64,000 bases of DNA from Eledone cirrhosa (lineage: Eukaryota), in NCBI GenBank assembly GCA_964016885.1, contig OZ024752.1:21762001-21826000 (forward strand), written 5' to 3'. The notes under the pieces are model-generated. The model searched no databases. It was not told the origin of the DNA and worked only from the letters and a program-made list of their open reading frames with translations. Positions within the stretch are counted from its first letter, which is position 1. Every line of letters starts with the position of its first letter. Positions 18,001 to 29,807 of this stretch are shown in pieces. The position numbers and the translations under genes are program-made.

Positions 18001-21000
18001 CAACACCAACACTACTACACCACCAACAGTACTACAACACTGACACTACAACAACACCAACACCACAACAACACCAACACTACTACAACACCAACACTAC
18101 TATAATACCAACCCTACTACAACACCAAACCACTACTACCCCACTAACACTACTACAACACCAACACTACTACAACACCAACACTACTATAACACCAACA
18201 CTACTACAACACCAACACTATTACAACACCAACAGTATTACAACACAGACACTATCACAACCCCGCCACTACTACAACACCGACACTACTACAACACCAA
18301 CACTACTACACCACCAACAGTACTACAACATTGACACTACCACAACACCAACACCTCAATAACACCAACACTACTACAACACCAACACTACTACAACACC
18401 AACCCTACTACAACACCAAACACTACTACACCACCAACACTATTACAACACCAACACTACTACAACACCAACACTATTACAACACCAGCACTACTACAAC
18501 ACAGACACTACTACAACACCAACTCTACTACAACAGCACATTACTACAACACCAACACTACTACAACACCAACACTACTACAACAGCAACATTACTACAA
18601 CACCAAAACTACTACAACAGCAACACTACAACAACACCAACACTACTACAACACCAACACAACTACACGGCCAACACTACTACAACACCAACACTACTAC
18701 AACACCAACACTATTACAACACCAACACTACTACAACAACAACACTACTACAACACCAACACTACTACAACACCAACTCTACTACAACACCAACACTACT
18801 ACTACACCAACACTACTACAACACCAACACTACAACAACACCAACACTACTACAACACCAACACTAAAACACCAACACTACCACAACACCAACACTACTA
18901 CAACACCAACACAACTACCACACCAACACTACTACAACACCAACCTTACTACAACACTACTACAACACCAACACTACTACAACACCAACACTTCTACAAC
19001 ACCCACACTACTACAACAACAACACTACTAAAACACCAACACTACTACTCCACCACACTACTACAACACCAACACTACTACAACACCAACACTACTACTA
19101 CACAACACTACTACAACAACAACCCTACTACAACACCAACACTACTACAACACCAAAACTACTACAACACCAACATTACTACAACACCAACACTACTATA
19201 ACACTGACACTACTACAACACTGACACTACAACAACACCAACACTACTAAAATACCAACAGTATTACAACACCTACACTACTACAACACGAACACTACTA
19301 CAACACCAACACTACTACAACACCAACACTACTACAACAACAACACTACTACAACACCAACACTACTTAACACCAACACTACTACAACACCAACACTACT
19401 ACAACACCAACATTACTACAACAGCAAAACTACTACAATACCATACTACTAATACAACATCAACACTACTACAACACCAACACTACTACAACACTGACAC
19501 TACAACAACACTACTACAACACCAACACTACTACAACACCAACATTACTACAACACCAACACTACTAAAACATTGACACTACTACAACACCAACACTACT
19601 ACAACACTGACACTACAACAACACCAACACTACTACATCACCTACACTACTACAACACCAAAACTACTACAACACCTACACTACTACAACACCATACCAC
19701 TACTACAACACCAACACTACTACAACACCAACACTACAACACAAACACTACAACAACACCATACCACTACTACAACACCAATACTAATACAACACAAATA
19801 TTGCCACAACACCAACACTACTATAGCACCAATACTACAACAACTCCAACACTATTACAACAGCAACACTACTACAACACTACTACAACACCAACACTAC
19901 TTAACACCAACACTACTACAACACCAACAATACAACAACACCAACACTACTACAACACCAACACTACTACAACACCAACACTACTACACCACCAACACTA
20001 CTACACCACCAACAGTAATACATCACTGACACTACAACAACACCAACACCTCAACAACACCAACCCTACTACAACACCAAACCACTACTACACCACCAAC
20101 ACTACTACAACACCAACACTACTACAACACCAACACTACTGTAACATCAACACTACTACAACACCAACACTATTACAACACCAACACTATTACAACACCA
20201 ACACTACTACAACACAGACACTACCACAACCCCGCCACTACTACAACACCGACACTACTACAACACCAACACTACTACACCACCAACAGTACTACAACAC
20301 TGACACTACAACAACACCAACACCACAACAACACCAACACTACTACAACACCAACACTACTACAATACCAACCCTACTACAACACCAAACCACTACTACC
20401 CCACTAACACTACTACAACACCAACACTACTACAACACCAACACTACTATAACACCAACACTACTACAACACCAACACTATTACAACACCAACAGTATTA
20501 CAACACAGACACTATCACAACCCCGCCACTACTACAACACCGACACTACTACAACACCAACACTACTACACCACCAACAGTACTACAACATTGACACTAC
20601 CACAACACCAACACCTCAACAACACCAACACTACTACAACACCAACACTACTACAACACCAACCCTACTACAACACCAAACACTACTACACCACCAACAC
20701 TACTACAACACCAACACTACTACAACACCAACACTATTACAACACTAGCACTACTACAACACAGACACTACTACAACACCAACTCTACTACAACAGCACA
20801 TTACTACAACACCAACACTACTACAACACCAACACTACTACAACAGCAACATTACTACAACACCAAAACTACTACAACACCAACACTACTACAACAACAA
20901 CACTACTACAACATCATACGACTAATACAACACCAAGACTACTACAACAACAACACTACAACAACACCAAAACTACTACAACACCAACACTACTACAACA

Positions 21001-23565
21001 CCAACACTACTACAACACCAACACTACTACAACACCAACACTATTACAACACCAACACTACTACAACAACAACACTACTACAACACCGACACTACTACAA
21101 CACCAACTCTACTACAACACCAACACTACTACTACACCAACACTACTACAACACCAACACTACCACAACACCAACACTACTACAACACCAACAGTACTAC
21201 AACACTGACACTACAACAACACCAACACTACTACAACACCAACACTACTACAACACCAACACTACTACAACACTACTACAACACCAACACTACTACAACA
21301 CCAACACTTCTACAACACCCACACTACTACAACACCAACACTACTACAACACCAACACTACTACTCCACCAACACTACTACAACACCAACACTACTACAA
21401 CACCAACACTACCACAACACCAACACTACTACAACACCAACAGTACTACAACACTGACACTACAACAACACCAACACTACTACAACACCAACACTACTAC
21501 AACACCAACACTACTACAACACTACTACAACACCAACACTACTACAACACCAACACTTCTACAACACCCACACTACTACAACACCAACACTACTACAACA
21601 CCAACACTACTACTCCACCAACACTACTACAACACCAACACTACTACAACACCAACACTACTACTACACCAACACTACTACAACACCAACCCTACTACAA
21701 CACCAACACTACTACAACACCAACAGTACTACAACACTGACACCATAACAACACCAACACTAACACTACTACAACACCAACACTACTGCAACACCAACGC
21801 TACTACAACACCAACATTACTACAACACCAAAACTACTACAACACCAACATTACTACAACACCAACACTACTATAACACTGACACTACTACAACACCAAC
21901 ACTGACACTACAACAACACCAACACTATTACAACACCTACACTACTACAACACCAACACTACTACAACAACAACACTACTACAACACCAACACTACTACA
22001 ACACCAACACTGCCACAACACCAACACTACTACAACAACAACACTACTACAACAACAACACTACTACAACACCAACACTACTACAACACCAACTCTACTA
22101 CAACACTACTACTACACCAACAGTACTACAACACTGACACTACAACAACACCAACACTACTACAACACCAACACTACTACAACGCCAATACTATTACAAC
22201 ACCGACACTACTACAACACCAACACTACTACTACACCAACACTACTACAACACCAACACTACTACAACACCAACACTACTGCAACACCAACTCTACTACA
22301 ACACCAACACTACTACAACACTGACACTACAACAACACCAACACTACTACAACACCAACACTACTACAACGCCAATACTATTACAACACCGACACTACTA
22401 CAACACCAACACTACTACTACACCAACACTACTACAACACCAACACTACTACAACACCAACACTACTGCAACACCAACTCTACTACAACACCAACACTAC
22501 TACAACACTGACACTACAACAACACCAACACTACTACAACACCAACACTACTACACCACCAACACTACTACAACGCCAATACTATTACAACACCGACACT
22601 ACTACTACACCAATACTACTACTACACCAACACTACTACTACACCAACACTACTACTACACCAACACTACTACTACACCAACACTACTACAACACCAACA
22701 CTACTGCAACACCAACCCTACTACAACACCAACACTACTACAACACTGACACTACAACAACACCAACACTACTACAACACCAACACTACTACAACACTGA
22801 CACTACAACAACACTGACACTACAACAACACCAACACTACTACAACACCAACACTACTACAACGCCAATACTATTACAACACCGACACTACTACTACACC
22901 AACACTACTACTACACCAACACTACTACTACACCAACACTACTACTACACCAACACTACTACAACACCAACACTACTACACCACCAACACTACTACAACG
23001 CCAATACTATTACAACACCGACACTACTACAACACCAACACTACTACTACACCAACACTACTACAACACCAACACTACTACAACACCAACACTACTGCAA
23101 CACTAACCCTACTACAACACCAACACTACTACAACACTGACACTACAACAACACCAACACTACTACAACACCAACACTACTACACCACCAACACTACTAC
23201 AACGCCAATACTATTACAACACCGACACTACTACTACACCAACACTACTACTACACCAACACTACTACTACACCAACACTACAACTACACCAACACTACT
23301 ACTACACCAACTCTACTACAACATCAACACTACTACACCACCAACACTACTACAACGCCAATACTACTACAACACCAACACTACTACAACGCCAACACTA
23401 CTGCAATACCAACACTACTACAACACCAACACTACTACAACACCAACACTACTACTACACCAACACTACTACTACACCAACACTACTACAACACCAACAC
23501 TACTACAACACCAACACTACTTCAACACCAACCCTACTACAACACCAACACCACTACACCAACTC
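1..23565. repeat. 17-bp satellite array, consensus ACACCAACACTACTACA; runs off the left edge of the window
   Basis: The unit is directly visible throughout. The ORF track shows a 17-aa period (TTTPTLLQHQHYYNTNT = 51 nt = 3 x 17 bp) in all three + frames. The array ends abruptly at ...caccaactctattggagg. Confidence 0.98.
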
Positions 23566-23807
23566 TATTGGAGGTTGTGACCTGAAGAGCATATTCTAAT
23601 GTTTGTCACCTGTTCACTTTTATCCATTCTTTTTCCTCATTCCTCACCTCACAACAACTGTTCATCTCTGTCCTTCCAGCTAATATATTTCCCAACCCTT
23701 CTTCCATGCTATTTTGCTGTTATAACAGCTTCCATATGCGCAGTTTTCACATTTTCCTCAGAATCCTAATACATTCACGTCTCAAAGCATTTTCGAGTTA
23801 ATTTGTT

Positions 23808-23855
23808 TAAACACACAAACACACACATACACACACATACACACATATATATATG
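23808..23855. repeat. (AC)n/(AT)n microsatellite
   Basis: acacacaaacacacacatacacacacatac...atatatatat. Confidence 0.9.
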
Positions 23856-24212
23856 TGGTTAGAGCATTGGGCTGGCAATCGAAAGGTTGTGAGTTCAATT
23901 CTCGTACCAGGTGATGTGTTGTTTCCTTGAGCAAGACACTTTATTTCACATTGCTCCAGTTTACTCAGCTGTAGAAATGAGATGATAGGGATTGGGGTCC
24001 ATATCATTCCACTGCAAAGTGGTCGTGGAGGTGCCATGGGAAAAAAAGCACCCAGCATTCACTGTAAATGAAGTTGGTGTTAGGAAGGGCATCCAGCTGT
24101 AGAAATCAAGCCAGAATCAGTTCCCGTATGAGCAAGATAAGGTCAGCCAACTGGACACTGCTCACAACAGGACAACCCGTCTTACCCATGGTGGAAGAAT
24201 GGATGTAAAATG
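23856..24212 (+). mobile_element. tRNA-derived SINE with CORE-like central domain (decayed)
   Basis: tRNA-like head gtggttagagcattgg with B-box-like gagttcaattctc at ~23891. CORE-like segment gtttccttgagcaagacactttatttcac...ctcagctgtagaaatgag. Body motif gttggtgttaggaagggcatccagctgtagaaa. The 3' tail (aacccgtcttacccatgg...ggatgtaaaatgga) resembles the one at 25170-25225. Confidence 0.8.
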
Positions 24213-24264
24213 GATAGGAAAATAGTCAGGACCCCAACGGCTGAGCTCCAGCTGTTTCGACAGC

Positions 24265-24565
24265 TATATATATATATGTGTGTGTCTTTTCATCTGTCTA
24301 TATGTATATCTAAGTTTGTTAAATTGACTGTATCTGTTTATATTTCCTCTATCTATCTATCTACTTATCTCTCTATCTAATCTATCTATCTACTTCTCTA
24401 TCTGTTTTCTCTCTCTATTTCTCTTTTGTTCCCCCACTCTCTCTATATATATTAATGTCTGTTTAAGTAATTCTCTGACTGAATACTCATAGATGTTTAT
24501 TTGTTTCTCTTACCTGTTTGTCCCCCCCATCTATCTACATGTCTGTCTACCTGTCTAATCTATGT
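24265..24565. repeat. Low-complexity (TA)n/(CTAT)n/(CT)n tract
   Basis: tatatatat, ctatctatctatctac and ctctctct runs. Confidence 0.8.
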
Positions 24566-24595
24566 TGAATCTGATAGCCTTGTTTTTATTGACAG

Positions 24596-24631
24596 TACAC
24601 CATACAGTCCTCTACCACCAGTCTATACCAG
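24596..24631 (+). CDS. 36-nt coding micro-exon A (phase 2-2), TPYSPLPPVYT, contains a PPxY motif
   Basis: Acceptor ttgtttttattgacag| and donor cag|gtaaat. It is open in the frame that joins the downstream terminal exon, and it encodes PPVY like the two PPxY motifs of that exon. Confidence 0.75.
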
Positions 24632-25109
24632 GTAAATCTATACAGCACACCCTAGCCACTAGGCCACATGCCGTCACATCATCTTATATCACAAAATAAT
24701 ACTATCAGATATTTCGCAATGGTGTAATATTTGATATTTAATATTTAATAATCTATGCACTTCTATATATTATATACAATATCTCTTTTTTTTTTATTTC
24801 ACAAGATATTTCAGACATTCACTGAGATGTATATCAAATTATGATATTATTTGATAATTTACTCTGCAAGAATATACAATATTTTGTATCAGTGTGCTAT
24901 GTAATATCATGTGCATAGTTTTAATCTGCTATATCTAATATTGTATTAAAATGAAATATTTTTATTATACTGCTAAATATGATGCACCTTGTTATTGTAA
25001 TATGTTGTAATATCATGTAGACCACTATCAAGTTATGTTTCAGCTGTCACTGCAATATGTACCATACCATATGTATCTAGTTTAGAATAAGTACATTGTA
25101 TCTCTGCTT

Positions 25110-25232
25110 GCTGTAAGTGACTAAAAGAGTTGGTGTCAGGAAAAGCTTCTGGGCAAAAAAGACGTGTCCCAACCCATACCAGCATGAAAAGGTTGATGTA
25201 AAAACAATGATAATAATGATGATGTAGATGAC
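25110..25232 (+). mobile_element. SINE 3' fragment with (ATG)n-type tail
   Basis: gagttggtgtcaggaaaagc matches the SINE body at ~24072. It is followed by cccaacccataccagcatgaaaaggttgatgtaaaaac and aatgataataatgatgatg. Confidence 0.65.
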
Positions 25233-25274
25233 AATGTTACACCCCCCTCCACACACACACACACTCATTCACAT

Positions 25275-25309
<35 letters not shown>

Positions 25310-25589
25310 CATAAGCGTATTGTTCCTATTATTTTTGGAGGTGCAGATATTCATCATGACTAATGTTATAGTGTATACTGGATGCATGTTTTGCAACACC
25401 AGCACAACCACTTTACAGACCGAATGAGGTATATTCTATGAAGGCAGCAGCACTAACAATTTACAGGGTGTAGTATGTTTATATACACATATGCATAAAT
25501 ATATTGACAGTGGAAGAAAAAGAAAAAGAAATTGACAAGAGAAAGAGGGATAATATATATGATATTGATAATATGAAAAAAACTCATGT

Positions 25590-25992
25590 TTCATGTAGTT
25601 TGCCTGGAGAGAAATGAAGCAAGTATGTTCTGATGGATGTGCAATGTCAATGTGCATGAATGACAAAGCATGGACAAGTTGAGAGAGAATCTGTGGATAA
25701 GAGGAATAAACTGTAGTGTGTAGGAGAGAAAACTGCCTTGGAATGGCCATGTGATGCACATGGAGGATGACAGCTGGGTGAAGAAGTGCCAAGAAATCCT
25801 GGTGGAAGGAAGATGTAGTAGAGGAAGACCACATAAAACATGGGCAGAGGTGGTGAAAGCGGTCCTCAGACCGCTGAAGCTTACAGAGGAGATGACAAAG
25901 GACCATGACGAATGGAGAGATGCTGTTCTGAGAGGACAAGTCCCACCCTTGCAACCAAAGAAAAGCAAACGTAAAAAGATGATGATGATGAT
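25590..25992 (+). mobile_element. 5'-truncated RTE-clade LINE, 3' end (decayed)
   Basis: Translates as WNGHVMHMEDDSWVKKCQEILVEGRCSRGRPHKTWAEVVK...LTEEMTKDHDEWRDAV. This matches the W.GHV.R / GRP.K.W / DR..WR signature of RTE ORF C-termini. It ends in a (GAT)n tail and has in-frame stops upstream. Confidence 0.88.
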
Positions 25993-26067
25993 CATCATCA
26001 TCAAAGTATACAATCATTTTTGAAAATTTAAGAATTTTCTGACAAAACCAAATTCTCCGACGACAAT

Positions 26068-26108
26068 TTTTTTGCGGGGTGCAGCTGCACCTCCAGTAAT
26101 ACGCCACT
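26068..26108 (-). mobile_element. Possible DNA-transposon terminus (CAGTGGCGTA...)
   Basis: The reverse complement reads cagtggcgtattactggaggtgcagctgcaccccgc, a GC-rich TIR-like end in AT-rich context. No complete partner end was found. Confidence 0.35.
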
Positions 26109-26199
26109 GTGTATATATATATATTTCAAGATTAAAAAAGACAAACACAGAGATGCAATAACAGTCTTATTAGTTTCATACTTGCTGGAAAAGGAAAAA

Positions 26200-26242
26200 A
26201 AAGTCTCAACGTATCAGATGTTGATCCTTCATCAGGAGGCTA
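26200..26242 (-). ncRNA. Minimal type-I hammerhead ribozyme relic in a (TA)n-flanked Penelope-derived remnant (~26125-26445)
   Basis: The minus strand reads GCCUC-CUGAUGA-A-GGAU-CAAC-AUCU-GAuAC-GUU-GAGAC. It has the CUGANGA box, a 4-bp stem II, a GAAAC box with one mismatch, a loop-less stem III and stem I CUC/GAG. Confidence 0.6.
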
Positions 26243-26667
26243 GATGGTTGAAGAAAAAGAAAAGGAAGAAAAAAAATGTGTTTATCATAATGGGCGAGGT
26301 GGACAGATAAGTATAAAGGGTTGTGTGTTGAGGTGATGGCAGAGCATCGGTATTTATCATTGATACTGACATGTGTACACGGATGAGGTGCATTTTGTAT
26401 GTATCGGGGGGGGGGGGGGTTGATTGCATGTGTCTGTGTTTTACTATATATATATATATACTATATATATATATATAGTAAATAAGAAACCAAAGGTATA
26501 GGTGGAATTAAGATATTTCAATAAAACATTAAGCTTTTGATCTTTTTGTCATTTTGTAATAAAGTAGATTACTTTACTTGTTTATATATATATATGTGTG
26601 TATGTGAGTATATATAACGGCGATATATTAGTTTTGCGAGGTTTTTGATATGAAATCGTGTGTCGAA

Positions 26668-28240
26668 ACAAATATTGTTATACTTGGGGAGGGTCATATT
26701 TGTGTAATAATATTGCCAGAATTAATAACAGAACACACTCACTGTTTGGTTGGTTTTCGCTTCTGTGTCTTTTATATCGGTTAATTTAATTTATTCGGTC
26801 CTCAATGTTACCATTGACTGACCAACGGTCAAAAATACAGATACAATATAGACACAAACACATATATATAGTCTATCAAAGTTCTTTCGTTGCACATCTG
26901 CAACATCGTCAGTGGTGCTATTATGTTTCCTCCTGTTGTATTGTATGTCTACGCCATCTTTATTTAGTCTGTTTATTTATTTATTTATTTGTTTGTTTTT
27001 TTTTTGTCTTCTCTGCGCATGCGTTTGCGTGTGTGTATAGTGTTTGATGTGTGTTCGTGTTTGGGTGACTGTGTATTGGTTATTGTATTCTATCTTAGTT
27101 TACTAGTGTGTGTTTATATGTGTTTGTTGTTATTGTGCTTGTGTATGTATTTATTTATTTATTTATTTATTTATTTATACTTCTCTTAGGTCAGTGTTGT
27201 TTGTTTGGGTGTTGTTGTTATTCCATTCATTTTTTCTGTTTAGCTTTGGCCTTCTAAGTTCTATTTCGCTGGCCTCTCTGATTTGCCTATCTGCTGGGTC
27301 ATTTCTAAGTTTAGATATTATTCTAACTTCTATGTTGTCTATGTTACCGTTGTGTTGTTGTCTGGCCTGTTCGTATAGTATTGAACCGTCTTTTCATCCT
27401 TTTAGTTCCCCCCTGTGTTGGTCTATCCTTTAACCTATGCTACGAGCTGTCTCGCCTATGTATGTTGTCATGTTTCTGCAAGTACCCTCTGTACATACAT
27501 CTTATGCTACAGACTACGTTTCTAGTTTTACAGTTTATCCGGGGGTTTACTTTATATATGATACATTTCCTATTAGTACAGTGGGTTTTCTTAAAAGGGT
27601 AGGTTTTGCTGATCAGGGATTTTATGGTGGTTCCTGGCTTTTCTACCACCTTAATCTTTAAGTGGGTCTTTCTCAGGGCCTTTCTACACTGGTTAGCTAA
27701 TTTCCCTCCAGGGGTAGCGTCCAAAAACATGACACTCTGGTATCTCTGGTTGTCGAACCATGAGGTGGCTTTCCCTATCTTATGTCTAGTCCTATCTAAG
27801 CTATTCCATGATTTGCTCCTGTATAATGGGCAAATCCTTTCATGTCCTGTTCTATGAGGGTCTTATACTTCTCCGTGGCTCCTTCGTATACTCTGATTCT
27901 GTCTCTTTGGTTGTAGCCAGAGAACTGCATGCAGTTGATGAAGTGTTGGATGTGTCTTTCCATTTCTGTTGGGTCGCACATGCGGGACACATTCTTCATC
28001 ACTCTTACCAAGTCTGCGATCAGAATATTAAACTTAGCACTACTGGATATTGCTGAGTTTTTGAGTATCAGGTATTTGGAGGCCATGGGTTTAGCATAGT
28101 GTGAGTGGAGAATTTGGGCTCTCTCGTCTATAGTGTTAATCCAGAGTTCCGTGTCTAATACAGGTAGTCTATTGTTAGGGTGTTTGGAAGGGTAGTCGAT
28201 AGTTACAGTTATACTCTGGTGTATGGAATTAGCTATCTGC
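26668..28240 (-). mobile_element. Left arm: inverted, 5'-truncated copy of the Penelope-like element (RT thumb, GIY-YIG, 3' region)
   Basis: Reverse complement of 28486-30058. ORFs 27796..28248(-) and 27440..27730(-) mirror the + strand ORFs of the right arm. Confidence 0.95.
26872..26918 (-). ncRNA. Hammerhead-like motif of the PLE 3' region (left arm, GAAA box intact)
   Basis: The minus strand reads AGCACCA-CUGACGA-U-GUUGCA-GAUG-UGCAAC-GAAAG-AA-CUU-UGAUAG. Both core boxes flank a perfect 6-bp stem II; stems I and III are weak. Confidence 0.6.
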
Positions 28241-29552
28241 AAGTTCAATGAGAAGATCTACACCCAAAATGAGGGAGCAGCCATTGGCGTCAGCATAGCT
28301 GGTGATGTTGCCAACCTTTTTATGGTATCGTGGGAAAGGAGACTCAAAGATTTCCTTGATGAGAGCTCCATAGACCTCATCATGTACTCTCGTTACGTAG
28401 ACGACATCAATATAGTAATAAGGACATCCCCTCAAGAGAGCACTAACAAGTTTGATTTAGAACGTAGCACAATGGAAAGCATCCAGCAGATAGCTAATTC
28501 CATACACCAGAGTATAACTGTAACTATCGACTACCCTTCCAAACACCCTAACAATAGACTACCTGTATTAGACACGGAACTCTGGATTAACACTATAGAC
28601 GAGAGAGCCCAAATTCTCCACTCACACTATGCTAAACCCATGGCCTCCAAATACCTGATTCTCAAAAACTCAGCAATGTCCAGTAGTGCTAAGTTTAATA
28701 TTCTGATCGCAGATTTGGTACGAGTGATGAAGAACGTGTCCCGCATGTGCGACACAAACAGAAATGGAAAGACACATCCAACACTTCATCAACTGCATGC
28801 AGTTCTCTGGCTACAACCAAAGAGACAGAGTCAGAGTATATGAAGGAGCCACGGAGAAGTATAAGACCCTCATAGAACAGGACATGAAAGGAATTTGCCC
28901 ATTATACAGGAGCAAATCATGGAATAGCTTAGATAGGACTAGACATAAGATAGGGAAAGCCACCTCATGGTACGACAACCAGAGATACCAGAGTGTCATG
29001 TTTTTGGACGCTACCCCTGGAGGGAAATTAGCTAACCAGTGTAGAAAGGCCCTGAGAAAGACCCACTTAAAGATTAAGGTGGTAGAAAAGCCAGGAACCA
29101 CCATAAAATCCCTGATCAGAAAAACCTACCCTTTTAAGAAAACCCACTGTACTAATAGGAAATGTATCATATGTAAGGTAAACCCCCAGATAAACTGTAA
29201 AACTAGAAACGTAGTCTGTAGCATAAGATGTATGTACAGAGGGTACTTGCAGAAACATGACAACATACATAGGCGAGACAGCTCGTAGCATAGGTTAAAG
29301 GATAGACCAACACAGGGGGGAACTAAAAGGATGAAAAAACGGTTCAGTACTATACAAACATGCCAGACAACAACACAACGGTAATATAGACAACAGAAAT
29401 TAGAATAATATCTAAACTTAGAAATGACCCAGCAGATAGGCAAATCAGAGAGGCCAGCGAAATAGAACTTAGAAGGCCAAAGCTAAACAGAAAAATATGA
29501 ATGGAATAACAACAACACCCAAACAAACAACTCTGACCTAAGAGAAGTATAA
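28241..29552 (+). pseudogene. Disrupted RT-GIY-YIG ORF of the Penelope-like element
   Basis: After removing a 4-bp ATGT duplication at ~29230 it reads NVVCSIRCTEGTCRNMTTYIGETARSIG*RIDQH...SVLYKHARQQH...RQIREASEIELRRPKLNRK.EW. There are frameshifts at ~28757, ~29230, ~29395 and ~29496, and TAA/TGA stops at ~29296 and ~29332. Confidence 0.9.
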
Positions 29553-29807
29553 ATAAATAAATAAATAAATAAATAAATACATACACAAGCACAATAACAA
29601 CAAACACATATAAACACACACTAGTAAACTAAGATAGAATACAATAACCAATACACAGTCACTCAAACACGAACACACATCAAACACTATATACACACGC
29701 AAACGCATGCGCAGAGAAGACAACAAAAAAATAAACAAATAATAAATAAATAAACAGACTAAATAAAGATGGCGTAGGCATACAATGCACCGGGAGGAAA
29801 CATAATA

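Noticed and set aside
90-21208. Many T/Q/H/Y-rich ORFs up to 391 aa, resembling a mucin or structural protein
   Set aside because: The 17-bp unit is not a multiple of 3 and its consensus has no stops on +, so all three frames give the same peptide. Indels shift frame freely and most starts are TTG, so this is a satellite artefact.
1-23565. Telomeric repeat tract
   Set aside because: There is no TTAGGG/TTAGG-type unit. The array is degenerate with kb-scale duplications, unlike telomerase products.
23856-23910. tRNA gene
   Set aside because: It is only a partial tRNA-like head with no full cloverleaf, and it continues into a SINE body.
25403-25428. Additional micro-exon candidate (ag|cacaacc...gaatgag|gtatat)
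   Set aside because: It has a poor pyrimidine tract and an in-frame TGA in the required phase.
25436-26107. 223-aa and 140-aa minus-strand ORFs
   Set aside because: They are antisense shadows of the RTE LINE fragment with no recognisable motifs.
26805-26845. Third hammerhead-like motif (ttgactGACCaacGGTCaaaa) in the outer arm segment, mirrored at ~29885-29920
   Set aside because: A small hairpin is present but both core boxes deviate from CUGANGA and GAAA, so it is too degenerate to call.
28223-28240. ATG start (MELAIC) of the 206-aa RT ORF as a real gene start
   Set aside because: These codons come from the antisense left arm across the inversion junction. The RT is 5'-truncated and frameshifted downstream.
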